Assembly (NCBI GenBank): GCA_951406725.2
Contig: OX597822.1
Coordinates: 74,896,001-74,960,000, forward strand
DNA length: 64,000 nt
Direction: 5' to 3'
DNA from: Octopus vulgaris
Lineage: Eukaryota
In this document: positions 23,859-37,920 of the stretch, piece by piece
Numbering within the stretch: position 1 is the first letter of the stretch
How the letters are laid out: every line of letters starts with the position of its first letter
Position numbers and translations under genes: made by a program
The notes under the pieces: generated by a model
What the model was told of the DNA's origin: nothing
Databases searched by the model: none
What the model saw: the letters and a program-made list of their open reading frames with translations, nothing else

Positions 23859-26800
23859 TCTGCCACCATCACCACCACTACTACTGTTTGTTTAGTTCTT
23901 ATTTTTGTTGTCATTTTTTCTGTCCATCCCGTTTTCTTTCTTTTTGTTCTAATTCTTCTTTTTGTTGTTGTTCTTTCTTCATTTTCTTGTTCTTCCACAT
24001 TTTTCTTCCGTTTCACCTTTCCTTGTTTTCTTTCTTTCTTTCCTTTTTGTTCTCGTTTTCCTTCTTTCTCACTTTCCTTCTCTCCTTTGCTTTCTTTTTC
24101 GTCTTTCTCCCTTGTGACCATCCCTCCTCCCACACACCATTATCTAATAGGCCAACCAGTTATATCATAACCACCACATCACACATTGTGGAGGCATATG
24201 ACTTAGAGGTTAGGAGTGTTACACCCATGATTGTAAGATTGTGGTTTCAGTTGCTGGACCGGGCAATGCATTGTGTTCTTGAGCAAAACCCTTCATTTCT
24301 TGTTGCTCCAGTCCACTCAGCTGGCAAAAATGAGTATTCCTGTGAGAGACTGGCATCCCATCCAGGGAGAGAATACACACACCGCAGAATCTGAGAAACC
24401 AGCTTCAGATCCATTTTTCTTTTTACTTGACTGGTGTCCGTGCCGGTGGCACGTAAAAAGCACCAACCAATCATGGATGTTGCCAGCCTCCTGTGGCACG
24501 TAAAAAGCACCCACTTCACTCATGGAGTGGTTGGCATTAGGAAGGGCATCGAACTGTAGAAACACTGCCACATCAGACTGGAGCCTGGTGTAGTCTCCTG
24601 GCTTCCCAGATCCCGGTCGAACCATCCAACGCATGCCAGCATGGGAAACAGACGTTAAACGATGATGATGATGATAACACTGGTGTTGGTGCCACGTAAA
24701 AAGCACCCAGTGCACTTTATAAAGTGGTTGGTGTTAGGAAGGGCATCCGGCCTTAGAAACCATGCCAAAACAGACAATGGAACCTGATGTGGTTCCTGGC
24801 CTTGCAAGTTCCTGTCAAGCCATCCAACCCATGCCAGCATGGAAAACAGATGTTAAATGGTGGTGGTGGTGGTAATGATGATGATACTACATTATATCTA
24901 AGTAGTGGGGGGTGATAACCTTGTTGTGCCAAAAGCTCTGTGGTCCTGGTTATGGCCCGTGGCAGCAGTCCTTCCTGTAGTAGTGGTAATAGACCCAAGT
25001 TGATCATTTCAGATTTTTCACAATCTCATTGGAGGAGGGGTGATGGAGACTGGTTAGCTATTTGCTGTGTGGTCAGTGTCCCAAATATTGACCAAAAGGA
25101 CAAATAAATTACTAGCCAATACTGATTATTATGTAACCAGGACTCATCCCCTAATGCACTCAATCACACAAAAATTACAGGTAATTAAGAGATCGGGTTC
25201 TGATATATTTAGACACATGTAATTCTATATTTCTAAGATGAGGAATTTATTATGTGTATCCTGTTTATATTTATTGGACTGGTGTTCTCATTTTGACTGT
25301 TGCTTTCACTATGGTTTGGCTGTTACATTCTCCAGCCTTCTTCAAGTGTCTTCTGTTGAAATTACAACCAAATTCAACTCCTGAAGTTACCTGAAGAAGG
25401 CTGAAGCAAACAACAGCTGAAATGTGGTGAAAGCAACAATTAAGATGAGGACATCAGTCCAACTAATGTATATAGGATACATAATATTTAGTCACATATT
25501 GAGCACAACAATGGTCAGAACTGGTCTCACTTATATTAAGTCACAGACTGACCACGGAAATTATTAAAATTCACTCAATTAATCAAACTATTTTAATAAA
25601 ACATCTTTAATATCACCAACTATTGTTAATTTTTTCTCTTCACTTTCTACTCGTTTCTCTTTCTCTTTCTTTTCACTTCTCCCCTATTTTCTTCTTTCAC
25701 TTCTCCCTTATGCCTTTATCTCTCTCTTTCTCTCCCTTCTTGCTCTTTTTGTCTCTTATTCATCCTCTCTCCTCTTTTCTTGCTCTTTTTAACTCTTTTC
25801 TCTGTCCTTCTGTTTTCCTCTCTTTCTCTCTTCCTTGTGTCTCATATTTTCACAATCTCTCTCCATCAGCCCAAAAAAGGAATTGTCTTTGAAACTGGAT
25901 CCCACTACAACAACCGTCTGCGATGCTTGTTCCGTATTCAGAAAAGTGCTGGCAACAAACATGACTACATGTTGAAGGAAGGCAAATGGCACGTCTTGTT
26001 GGGCGGAGGTAAAGCATGGGACGGTAAGTTCAGATTTCTCTCTTTAAGACCATCAGAGAACCCAAACCCATACAATATCTCCTTGTGAGATGGCCCCACC
26101 AAGACATTACCAACCAGGAGCAGCTCCATTTTTGGTGGGAATCATGGAGATTGATAGGGAGATAGGAACAACTTTTTTGATAGGAAGACAGGTGCATGCT
26201 GTCTTAGAACAAAGTACTAGGTACATTTATTTTGTAGGGTACTCCTACTAGGTATCCTTTTTTGTGTAAACTAGGTAATCCTTTTTTTTTCTTTGTGGGG
26301 AATGAGGGTCTCTTGGTAGGCAACCAGGATTCTCTTTTTGGCTGCAATCTAGGAGATCCTTCTTTTGGTAGGGAGTTCCTGGATCTCCTTTCTTGGAAGA
26401 GAACTGGGAACTCCAATTTTTCTAGCTAGGAATCTGATGTATCTCCTTTATTAAAAGGGAATCAGGCATTCCTTTCTTGGTAAGAAACCAGAATCATCAC
26501 ATTCCTTCATGGTAAGGAAGTAATAGCTTTCTTTGCTTGGAATCTAAGAATTGTGGTGGCTAAGGATAATTCCATACTCCTCTATATTCCTGAACTAGAG
26601 CCTTACCACCAAATAGTGTGTGCCATGCCACACTGTTTAAGGGGTCATCATTCTATTGTATTATAAAAAAAAGGACACATTGGATAAGAGTCTTGAATAC
26701 ACTTTATCTGAATATTACGACGAGTATGGGTAAAGCCAGATCATCTTGCTTGATCAGGGCTGATGTGGCATTAAACAACAACAACAATAACAAAAGTAGT

Positions 26801-29800
26801 AATAATAGGATGTATCTACAGTGTTTTTATTGTTGTATGAAGGGTAGACCAGATATACTTACGAGGGGGTGCTGTAAAGTTCCTGGCTTTAAGGGTTTTA
26901 TGAAAGGCCTGGTTGGTGACCCAACCTTCCGAGTTCTTTTACAAGGCTTAGAAAAACTGAAAGATGGCTGCAATGAGTGTGTGAATCTGAGAGGGGAATA
27001 CGTTGAATAAAATCATAATTAACTGATCCTCTTCTATTTTCTTTTCCCCAAAACCAGGAACTTTTCAGCAACCCCTTATACATATATCCTTATTATTTAA
27101 TCTTACGTTGATTCCTCTGTGGTGTTGTTTTGCATTTATAAATAAATATATACAAATTATATAAAAAAAAAGAGTATACTGTACAGTACTATTTCTACTT
27201 CGGATTTTCACCTATCATGGGGGTTGGTGGGAGTTGGAATGTAACACCCATGATAGCCAAGGGATTACTGTATATATACCACATGGTTCTGGGTTCAGTC
27301 CCACTGCATGGCACCTTGGGCAAGTGTCTTCTACTATAGCCTCGGGCCGACCAAAGCCTTGCCAGTGGATTTGGTAGACGGAAAATGAAACAAGCCTGTC
27401 ATGTATATATATATTGGTATGTGTGTGTGTATATGTTTCTGTGTTTGTGTTTGTCCCCCCAACATCGCTTGACTAACGATGTGGGTGTGTTTATGTCCCT
27501 GTAACATAGTGGTTCGGCAAAAGAGACTGATAGAATAAGTACTAGGCTTACAAAGAATAAGTCCTGGGGTCAATTGGTTCAACTAAAATGCAGTGCTCCA
27601 GGATGGCCACAGTCAAATGACTAACAAGTAAAGGAATAAGTAGAGTACTGTCTCTACTTTACGGATTTTCACCTATCACAGGTGGGGCTCTTCGAATGTA
27701 ACACCTGCAATAGTCGAGGAATTACTGTAATTATAATGACGATGAGGACGACAGCATGGAACTGATTATTACAGAGTTCAACTGAGGTGGAGGAATTCAC
27801 TGATTAAGAATTTGGTGGTGTCCCACAGACTGGATTGTAGCAGTGTTTGAAATGATGTGAAATTTTTAGTAGTTTGGGGTGATGTTTGTGATAGAGACAA
27901 CAGTGATTATAGTTTGTAGTAGTTGTTGTTATCAGCAGTAGTAGTAGTAGAAGTGGTGATAGATTGTTTTAGTTCTGATTATACTCATAAGAATAATAGT
28001 TTAACTGACTCTGCATTCTTGTATTCCAGGTAAGAAGACAGAACATGGTCTTGGCATTGGTCGTGTACCAATTGTCTCAGTGGAAGAAGTGGACATGTCA
28101 GAAACGGATGATATCTCTGGTATTTCAAGATACCCCATTGCTAAAACTCATGGTAAGTAGTGATATAAACGATCCTTTTCACCAAATCTTAATAACAAGT
28201 AAGACATGGTTGTCTCACCTGTCCAGGTGTGGAGTAAATCTGAATATGAACTGACTTGGGACTGTGATGATCTACTTGGCCCATCCTTGTATGGCAATCC
28301 CACGCAAAAGGAATCATGATAAGATTTTCTATTATATATCTGGGTAGCTTTTGTCTCATTATATACTACTAGGCGTAGGAGTGGCTTTGTGGTAAGTAGC
28401 TTGCTTATGAACCACATGGTTTCAGGTTCAGTCCCACTGTGTGGTACTTTACACAAGTCTTTTCTAATATAGCCTCGGGCTGACTAAAGCCTTGTGAGTG
28501 GATTTGGCTGACAGAAACTGAAAGAAGCCCGTCGTATATATGTAATAATAATAATAATAATAATAATAATAGGGAGTATAACTCCAAACTTACAGGGAAA
28601 AATTCAATTTAGCATTAAATCAAATTTCACAATATAAATATTAAAATTAGAGAAAAACCACTATTATGTAATTCAAACAATGATAGACATAAACCATATC
28701 ATATAGAAAAAATGAAATATATGATAAAACATATATCTGGATCACAAAAAGTACATAATAATAAATAAACAGTATATAATAAATAAAAAGACTATGTATG
28801 TTTTGTAGCTATAACTTCAATTCGAAATCCAGTTGGCTGCACCAGGCTCCAATTTAATTTGGCGAGGTGTCTACAGCTGGATGCCCTTCCTAATGCCAAC
28901 CATTCTGAGAGTGTAGTGGGTGTTTTTTACATGCCACCAGCATGGGGAGCCAGTCAGGTGGCACTGGCATTGACCTTGTTCAGTTGGTGCTTATGTGCCA
29001 CCAGCACAGGAAGCTAGTCAGGTGGTACTGGCATTGACCCACACTTGAATGGTGCTTATTACATGTCACCAGCACGAGTGCCAGTCAGGTGGCACTGGCA
29101 TCGACCTCGTTCAGTTGGTGCATATTATGTGCCACCAGCACAGGAAGCTAGTCAGGCGGTACTGGCATTGACCCACACTTGAGTGGTGCTTATTACATAC
29201 CACCAGCATGAGTGCCAGTCAGGTGGCACTGGCATTGGTCACAACAACTATTTCCATTTTGATTTCGATCTTGATTTGCTTTTGATTTTGATTTTCATAT
29301 CCTGCCAAACCCTGCATTGCTTATCATGACATCTTTTAAATGGGTCACTTCAATGAAGTCTCTCTCTTTCAATAGCTCGGAAACACAACCATCATCATCA
29401 TCATCATCTTCATTGTTTAACATCTGCTTTCCATGCTGGCATGGGTTGGATGGTTTGACTGGGGACTGGCAAGCCAGGAGGCTGCACCAGGCTCCAGTCT
29501 GATCTGACAAGGTTTCTACAGCTGGATGCCCTTCCTAACACCAACCACTCCGAGAGTATAGTGGGTGCTTTTTACGTGCCACCGGCACAGTTACAGTGCA
29601 TATCAAAGAAACAATCTCACAATTCTCCTTCCTGATTCATGAATGACAGCACTAAAACATTGAAACTCTTCACAAACTACTAAACTACAACCACGTCGGG
29701 TATCAATAACTCTGGCTAAGACCTGCTACTGTTGTTAGCATATTATCATTTGATTAATTAGTTCTCTCTGTGCTATGAAGCATATAAGGCTGCAATACAA

Positions 29801-32800
29801 TCTCTCCAACCAGCTTTGTTTTCTGTGACTGTTCTGGTCCCATTCCAGCTTCTCCACCCTTCTGTCCTTTTCTTGCCAATGGTCCTTTATGTGGTTGTAG
29901 AGTGCCCTGTTGCTCTTTTCTCTTCAGGCTGTCACTTTAGTGCCACCATACATTCGCTTTCTTGATCTCATTTAAGGACATATCCGACTCAGCATCTGTG
30001 TCCCTATGACGAAATAACATGCTCTCATTTAAAAGACGAACATTTTCTCAGATATTCTTCTGATATTATTGTGTTTTTTGCAGTAATTCTGATGATATTG
30101 GCCTGGATAGTCTGTGCTCCTATTGGTTGCTTAATGTCAATGTACTACAAGAGAATGTGGCCCAACAGTCGCTTCCTTGAAAAACGATACTGGTTTGTGG
30201 TAAGTTTGTTTCGCTTTTCTTTTGCTCTATGTTTCTCTTTTCTGTTTCCACAGCCTTTCATGTGATCATTCTCCTCTTTGATAGGAAGATTTCATCTCAG
30301 TTCTGACAGCATCTGAGAGCATTTACTCCCTTGCATTTAACCTTTAAGCATCCAAACTACTCCATCAAATCTAATACCTATTTATTCACATTGCTTTGAA
30401 TTAATCACGTATTATCCCATAGCTTCGAGATTTTGATGTTGTGAATTTTGTAATTCTGTATTGATTTGTACAGGAAAATGTGTCACTCAAGAAGGACTTC
30501 AGTTTGAAGAATTTTCGTGATGTTTTCTGTTTAGATGCTGTTATTAAATTCATTGGAATTAAATGGTTTTTATTTACTGTCAGGTGACTTTTGGCCAAGC
30601 CTGTATACACATCATTATTTAGCATCCACTTTTTCACGCTTGTGATGGGGTCAAATGGAATCTGTTGAGGCAGATTTTCTACAGCCAAATGACCTTCCTG
30701 TTATGAGCATTAACTAGACATTTCCCTTAACTAGACATAATTTTCACAGACGTCTAGAAACGAACTACCTTGCTTGTATGACAATGGTGATACTCATTAG
30801 CAACTCGTGTCGTCTAGACATCAAATAATGGTTCCAAATGACTCTCATTGTCGAAGCATATGCCCTCAGAGATTCTGGGTCAATGTCCGGAATACTGGAT
30901 GACTACTGAGATTGAGGTACTCCTTAGCTTTTGTTAAAGCCTGACTCACTTCAAATCAAGCAATGTCTGCTCCAGTAATCAGTGGTGACTTGGTCGACAA
31001 GTTCCTCTGCAACAGTCAAAAACGAACAACTTTGCTTGTATGACAATGGTGATACCCATTTGCAACTCATGTTGTCTCATCATCATCATCATCATCGTTT
31101 AACGTCCGTTTTCCATGCTAGCACGAGTTGGATGGTTCGACCGGGGTCTGGGAAGCCAGGAGGCTGCACCAGGATCCAGACTGATCTGGCAGTGTTTCTA
31201 CAGCTGGATGCCCTTCCTAACGCCAACCACTCCAAGAGTATAGCGGGTGCTTTTTACGTGTCACCGGCACAGGTGCCAGGGGAGCCTGGCATCGGCCACG
31301 ATCGGTTGGCGCTTTTTATGTGCCACCAGCACAGAAGCCAGTCAAGGCGGCGCTGGCATTGGCCACGTTCGGATGGTGCTTTTTACATGCCACCGGCACA
31401 GAAGCCAGGCAAGGCGGCGCTGACGTTAAATAATGGTTGTAAATGATCTTCATTGTCGAAGCATGTGCCCTCAGAGATTCTGGGTTCGTGTCCTCTGCAA
31501 CAGTCAAAAACGAACTACCTTGCTTGTATGATGATGATCATCATGACGATACTCATTTACAACTGCTGTGGTGCAAAACTCATAATCCACCATGTTGTGA
31601 AAGTTGGACAACACTAAACAACAGCTGCTGCACCACCACCTCCCCCACTTATATTGAATTTTCAAGCAGCAGAACATAAACAGCAAAACAAAGGACAAAC
31701 TTGTAGTAGTAGTAGTAGCAGCAGCAGTTATATAGTGGTGATGGTTTTAACCTAATGTCAGCTGCTGTCAAGGTCAACTAGAATCAATGATGCCCCAGCT
31801 GTGACAGCCTAGTCTTCCCACCCCTCCCCCATACCCACATCCAGAACCTATACACATTGTTCTTTATTTAGCATGTCTGCTTTAAAACCAGCACAGAAAG
31901 TTATTTATAGAAAGGAAAAAGGTAACCCAGGGAACCTGTTTTGCTTTTCCTTTCTACTCTAGGCACAAGGCCCGGAATTATTTGGGAGGGGTCCAGTCGA
32001 TAAGATCGATCCCAGTACGCAACTGGTACTTAATGTATCGACCCCTGAAAGGATGAAAGGCAAAGTCTACCTCGGCGGAATTTGAACTCAGATCGTAGCG
32101 GCAGACGAAATACGGCTACGCATTTCGCCCGGCGTGCTAACGTTTCTGCCAGCTCGCCGCCTTCCATTTGTTTTTCCATTAACCCATTAGCATTTAAACT
32201 GGCTCTATCTGGCCGGCTGCCAAAATTCTCCCTGTTCTATATTCAAACCAGCCAGGAGAAGCCAGGCCTCTTGCACCTACCCTACAATGTCATTTCAAAA
32301 ATAAGCAATCACATCATCGATTTTCGAAGCAATGAGATAAAGCATGATTAATTCAAAACAATGTGAATAAAAAAACATATTTGATAAAGTAATTTGTATC
32401 CTAAATGGTTTCATGGTTTGTGTGCATATTAATTAGAGTTAATGGTACGTGACGGGAATATTTTAAAATTCTCGATAATTCTGAGAGTCACGTAATTCGA
32501 TTTTAGAGCTAATCTTTAATGAGACATTCCCGAAACCATTTGATTTTTAATTAATATTGGTTTCTAACTCATATTCTTATTAAAATAAATCACCTTTTCG
32601 ATAGGAAATACTAATGAAATTATGTTACCATGTCTGGCTTTGTTTTAACCATTGTAAGGGAAGTAACTTGATTTGTAAATAAGAGAATAACCTCCCTTGA
32701 TTTACTTAACTGGGATTCACTACACTTGGAAAGTAAGATACATTGAATGAGACCACTTGTTGACCAAATTATAAATATACATCTGAGCTGAGATTTAAGT

Positions 32801-35070
32801 CATCATCATTGTTTAACGCATTCTGTGCTGGCATGGGTTGGACGGTTTGACATGACCAGACAAGTTTCCCTACGAGATTGGAAATGGACCCCGAATGTGT
32901 GGTGGTGACACTCATTTACAACTATCTCATGACATCAAAGCAAGGAAACTGTAACACTGACATATATACACGCATATACATATGTACAACAGTTGCCATT
33001 TATAAAAGCTTTGTTTGACCTGGGACTAAAATAGAAGACATTTGCGCAGGATGCCAAGCAGTTGGTCTGACTGAACCCTCAGAAATTCCAAGCTGGTGTT
33101 TGGCCTGCTGGAAGATCACTGTGAGTGAGGCTCCCCTTAGCTTTTGTTAAAGCATGTCTCTAGAGCCCACTTCAAAGACAGGCTACATCTGCCCCAGTAA
33201 TCAGTGGTAATCAGTGGTGACTTGATCAGTAAATTTTCAGTGATGGTTGATAGTCAATAAGTTGAGCTGCAATCCCAAAGTGTGAATGCAGGACCATATT
33301 TGAACCTGTATTCCTGCTGAAATCCCAAACATGAACTCTATGCCTAAACATTGCAGTCAGCACTCATGAAGGACCTGGTGAACCTGTTGGCTGGAGTCAT
33401 CTTGATCCATGTGGATGAATGCTACTACAGGAACATGTCAGGAAGCCTCGTTCTTACCCCACAACCGAATCCGGGCCTAAGCTACCCTTTTCACTCCGCC
33501 ATCCAAATTCTTTACTGTGCCTTTATAAACAGTTTAATTTTCCTTTATTCTTTTCTTTCCAGTTATTTTTATTTTAACTCACCCATGTTTTCTGTATATC
33601 ACCTGATCACACCCCTGATATTAGAAGTGAACCCCTCTTTTCTCTCTTTTGTCTTTTCAGGTCTACTGGCCATGTATGGTGTCAGTGTTTGTGCTCATGA
33701 TTTTGGCTTTCATCTTTTTCTTTGTGGATGCAGGAGGATATGTTGAGGTGAGTCTTCCTTCTTCTCTTTATCTGTTGTCATTGGCAACATCATCATTGTA
33801 TCATCATCACTGCCATCATCATCATCACCACCACCACCATTGTCACCACCACCATCATCATCATTCTATAGTTGGAATTTACCAAAAAACAAAAACAAAC
33901 AAAACAAAAGACGACGAATGTGTAAACAAACAAACAGATGTATTAGTTTAACGCTCGGGGAGTGAGAAAGTCTTTTACATTTCGAACCTACGCTCTTCAG
34001 CAGAAAGGAACACTGAAATAAACAGGGAGAGAATATAAAATCATCAGTCTATACTACTACTACTATTAGAAACAGCTATCATTAATAAAAGTGTGATAAA
34101 TTGGTAGAATCGTTAGAGGCATTTGGCAAATTGCTTTACTTTGTTGTTCTTAATGATCTGGATTCAAATCCTGCCAGATTTGATTTTGCCTTTCATCTTT
34201 TCAAAGTCGATAAGATAAAGTGCAATGGGGTACCAATATATGAACAGTTCTCTAAACAAACAAATTGTATAATGAATAGTTTTTCCTGAATAAAATTAAA
34301 CTCCCAAAATGAGCTGAAATTTGATCCATGAACCACGAGCAGACTGTGAACCTATAAGTGACTGGGAGTCCATTTACTTAGAGAAATGAAATTTGGACAA
34401 TGAACCACTTGTAAACTATTCAAGCATACAAGTTCTGGGAGAATGTGTATGAATGGTACAGTAAATGAATAAACTGAATGGTGAATGGTTCTTCTGAAAA
34501 AAATTATATTTAGCTGACCTGTTGAACTTTGAACAACAAACCTTAAATATTACTATTTCTAAATTTCACAACAAGAGATATTCAGCAACAGTACTTTGTA
34601 GTAAAGATTATCTGTCAACATAACATGGCAGTCCTGGCTTAGGACTAATGTTGCTGTAATTTAGCCCCAGGAGTCAACGTCTCCAGCTGACTATATGACA
34701 CAATCTGTGTCCTTATATTTTCAAACAAGGGAATCTAGCACCCCAACTCTAGCACCCGTTCATAGAGACCCTGTTGTACTAGTCTAGTTCTGGCTCAATG
34801 TAACTGACTACCCAACCTCTTCAGAATTACTGGCATTGTATCTAATTTAGAAAATTATTATTAAGGCGGCAAGCTGGCAGAATCGTTAGCATGCTGGGTG
34901 AAATGGTTTGCAGTATTTTGTCCGTCTTTATGTTCAAATTCTGCTGGGGTTGACTTTGCCTTTCATCCTTTCGGGGTTGATGAAATAAGTACCAGTTGAG
35001 TACTGGAGTTGATGTAATCGTCTATCCCCCCTCCCCCAAATTTCAGGCCTTGTGCCTAAAGTAGAAATGA

Positions 35071-35125
<55 letters not shown>

Positions 35126-37876
35126 GGTGGCGAGCTGGCAGAATCATTAGCATGCCGGGAAAAACACTTAGTGGTATTTTGGCCACCCTTACATTCTGAG
35201 TTCAAATTCTGCCGAGGTCGACTTTGCCTTTCATTCTTTTGGGGTCAATAAAATAAGTCCCAGTGAAACACTGGGGTCAATGCATTTGACTTACCCCCAT
35301 CTCCGAAATCATCATCATCATTATTATTATTATTATTATTATTTAAATGCCTTCTAATATCTTTCTCTCTCTTTGTTATATTTCCAGGCTCCCTATCTAC
35401 CGCTCAGAGCTCACCCAATCATGCTGATTGTCGTCTTCGTGTGTGTCTTAATAATCGTAAGTAAAACATTTTTTTGGCCAATTCTTACACCAGACTCCTC
35501 ACCTTGTAGTGATTTTATGTCAAGCAGGAAACTCAGACATTTTGATCATTGTCCCTTTTAGTGTGATGTAAATTATATCTACCTTATAACCACGAAGGGT
35601 CATACCCTTGAGATTGTGGTTTTGATTCCAGGACTGGGCAATGCATTGCATTCTTGAGTAAATCACTTAACTTCATGTTGATACAGTTCACTCAGTTGTA
35701 AACAAATCAGCCTACAATGGACTGATATACTGTTCAAGAGATTTGTTGTGATCTAGAAATCAGACAACCAGCTCTATAAATCCTACAACTTCAGATAGTG
35801 ATGTCCATGGCTTGGTGGTTAGAGTGTTGGACTCATGATTGTAAAATTGTGGTTTTGATTCCCTGACCAGGCAATGCGTTGTATTCTTGAGCAAATCACT
35901 TTATTTCACATCCACCCTGCTAGTAAAAAAGAGTAATCCTAAGACTGACCAGTGTCCCATCCATGGGGGAATATATATGCCTGATAAACTGGCCTAATGC
36001 TCTTTTTAGGAGTAATGTGGACTAACCAAGAATTGATGACGTTGATGATAACCATATTCAGCTTTACTATGATAGGACTCGCTCTGCCTTTCCTCTTCCT
36101 CCACCCATTGCTGGTGCCTCCACTGTGTGATTGCCACTAATGATGAGAAGACGCATGGCCCAGTGGCTAGAATGCCGGGCTCACAATCATGAGGTAGTGA
36201 GTTCGATTCCCAGACTGGACTGTGTGTTGTGTTCTTGAGCAAGACACTTTATTTCACTTTGCTTCTGTTCACTCAACTGTAGAAATGAGTTTTGACATCA
36301 CTGGTGCCAAGCTGGATTGGCCTTTGCCTTTTCCTTGGACAACATCGGTGGCATGGAGAGGAGAGGCTGGTATGCATGGGCAACAGCTGGTCTTGCACAA
36401 ACAACCTTGCCTGGACTTATGCCTCAGAGGGGGAACTTTCTGGGTGCAATCACATGGTCATTCATGATAGGACTGGTGTCCTGTTCAGAGGAAATGTTGT
36501 GGTCTCAATCACTTGTAATCCTTAGAAACCAAGTAACTGGTCCTCTGAGCCCTTGGACTTGAGACAGTAATGTTCAACAGTTAATGACAATGATGGTAAC
36601 CCTGTTCAGCTTTATCACGACAAAGGGATTTGGAGACTACTGCTTGAGTCTAACTGGATCATGTCCTGTCACTAAACATTGCACTATAATAATTGGCTAA
36701 GAAAATTAGTGGAGTATGGCTCAGTCTACCTGGTTGTAAATAGACACCTCAGCTCATGCAACCAGCGAAACCTTCTTCCACATACCAACTGAATGTTTTC
36801 TAACTTTGCAGTGAACCGAGATCAGATCAAAGAATACAATATATGTTCATCCATTATCTTCATTTTAGGCATTGTGCACCTAAGACCACATTACTCATTG
36901 TCCTTTTTTTTTTTAAAGATTGTAGGGTGTAATTCGAATGGGATTTGGTTGCTATTTCTAGCAGGTTGGGCAACCAAAGACTGTTAGATTAATCAGTTTA
37001 GCTTTCAGTGAATTCATTATCAATCAATATTTAATTTACCAGTAGATGGTTTTCTGCTACTCGCAAAATAATGTTACAGATTTGATTCACAATTTGTATA
37101 ATTTTACCGTTATTTTACATCTAATTTCCTTTTGCATCCATTATTTATTTAATAACACATAAATTTCAAATAATAGCACGCACTGAAAGACAGTGTTAGA
37201 ATTAATGAAGATATCAGATATTATGTTGAGTTAACCATGTAAAAGCTCTCAGTTTATTGTATATATACATATTAGAAGATTTTTTTTTCTTTTGGAAAAG
37301 AAATGATTTAAAAAAATATTCCTGGAGTGGCTGTGTGGCAAGTAGCTTGCTTACCAACCACATGGTTCTGGGTTCAGTCCCACTGCATGGCAACTTGGGC
37401 AAGTGTCTTCTACTATGGCCTCGGGCTGACCAAAGTCTTGTGATTGAATTTCATCATCATCACCATTTAACGTTTGCTTTCCATGCTAGCATAGGTTGGA
37501 CTATTTGACTGAGGACTGGCATACCAGATGGCTGCACCAGTCTCCAATCTGATCAGGCAGAGTTTCTACAGCTGGATGTCTTTCCTAACGCCAACTGCTC
37601 CGAGAGTGTAGTGAGTGCTTTTATGTGCCACTGGCACAAAGGCCAGTCAGGTGGTACTGGCAGTGGCCACGCTCAAATGGTGTTTTTTATGTACCAAGCT
37701 AGATTGGCCTTTGCCTTTCCCTTGGACAATGACCTCGCCCGAATGTTTTTTCACATGCCACCGACACAAGTGCCAGTAAGGCAACACTGGTAATGATCAC
37801 ACTCAAATGGTGCTTTTTATGTGCCACTGGCATGGAAGCCAGTCAGCTGCTACGGAAAGTGAAAGAAGCCCGTCAT

Positions 37877-37920
<44 letters not shown>

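Noticed and set aside
23546-24394. 195-aa Lys/Glu plus poly-Val ORF and the opposite 168-aa Phe-rich ORF
   Set aside because: Simple-repeat translations inside an intron.
33664-33666. RNA editing restoring the missing His/Met ligands
   Set aside because: A-to-I editing cannot turn TAC or TGT into a His codon, or GAG into ATG.
33748-33951. Poly-His extension of the exon 10 ORF as a metal-binding tail
   Set aside because: It lies past a strong GTGAGT donor in an intronic (CAT/CAC)n microsatellite.
33950-34030. Minus-strand CTGAAGAGC...TCGAAA hammerhead-like motif (similar fragment near 5330-5400)
   Set aside because: Core and stem II cannot both be satisfied; at most a decayed repeat fragment.
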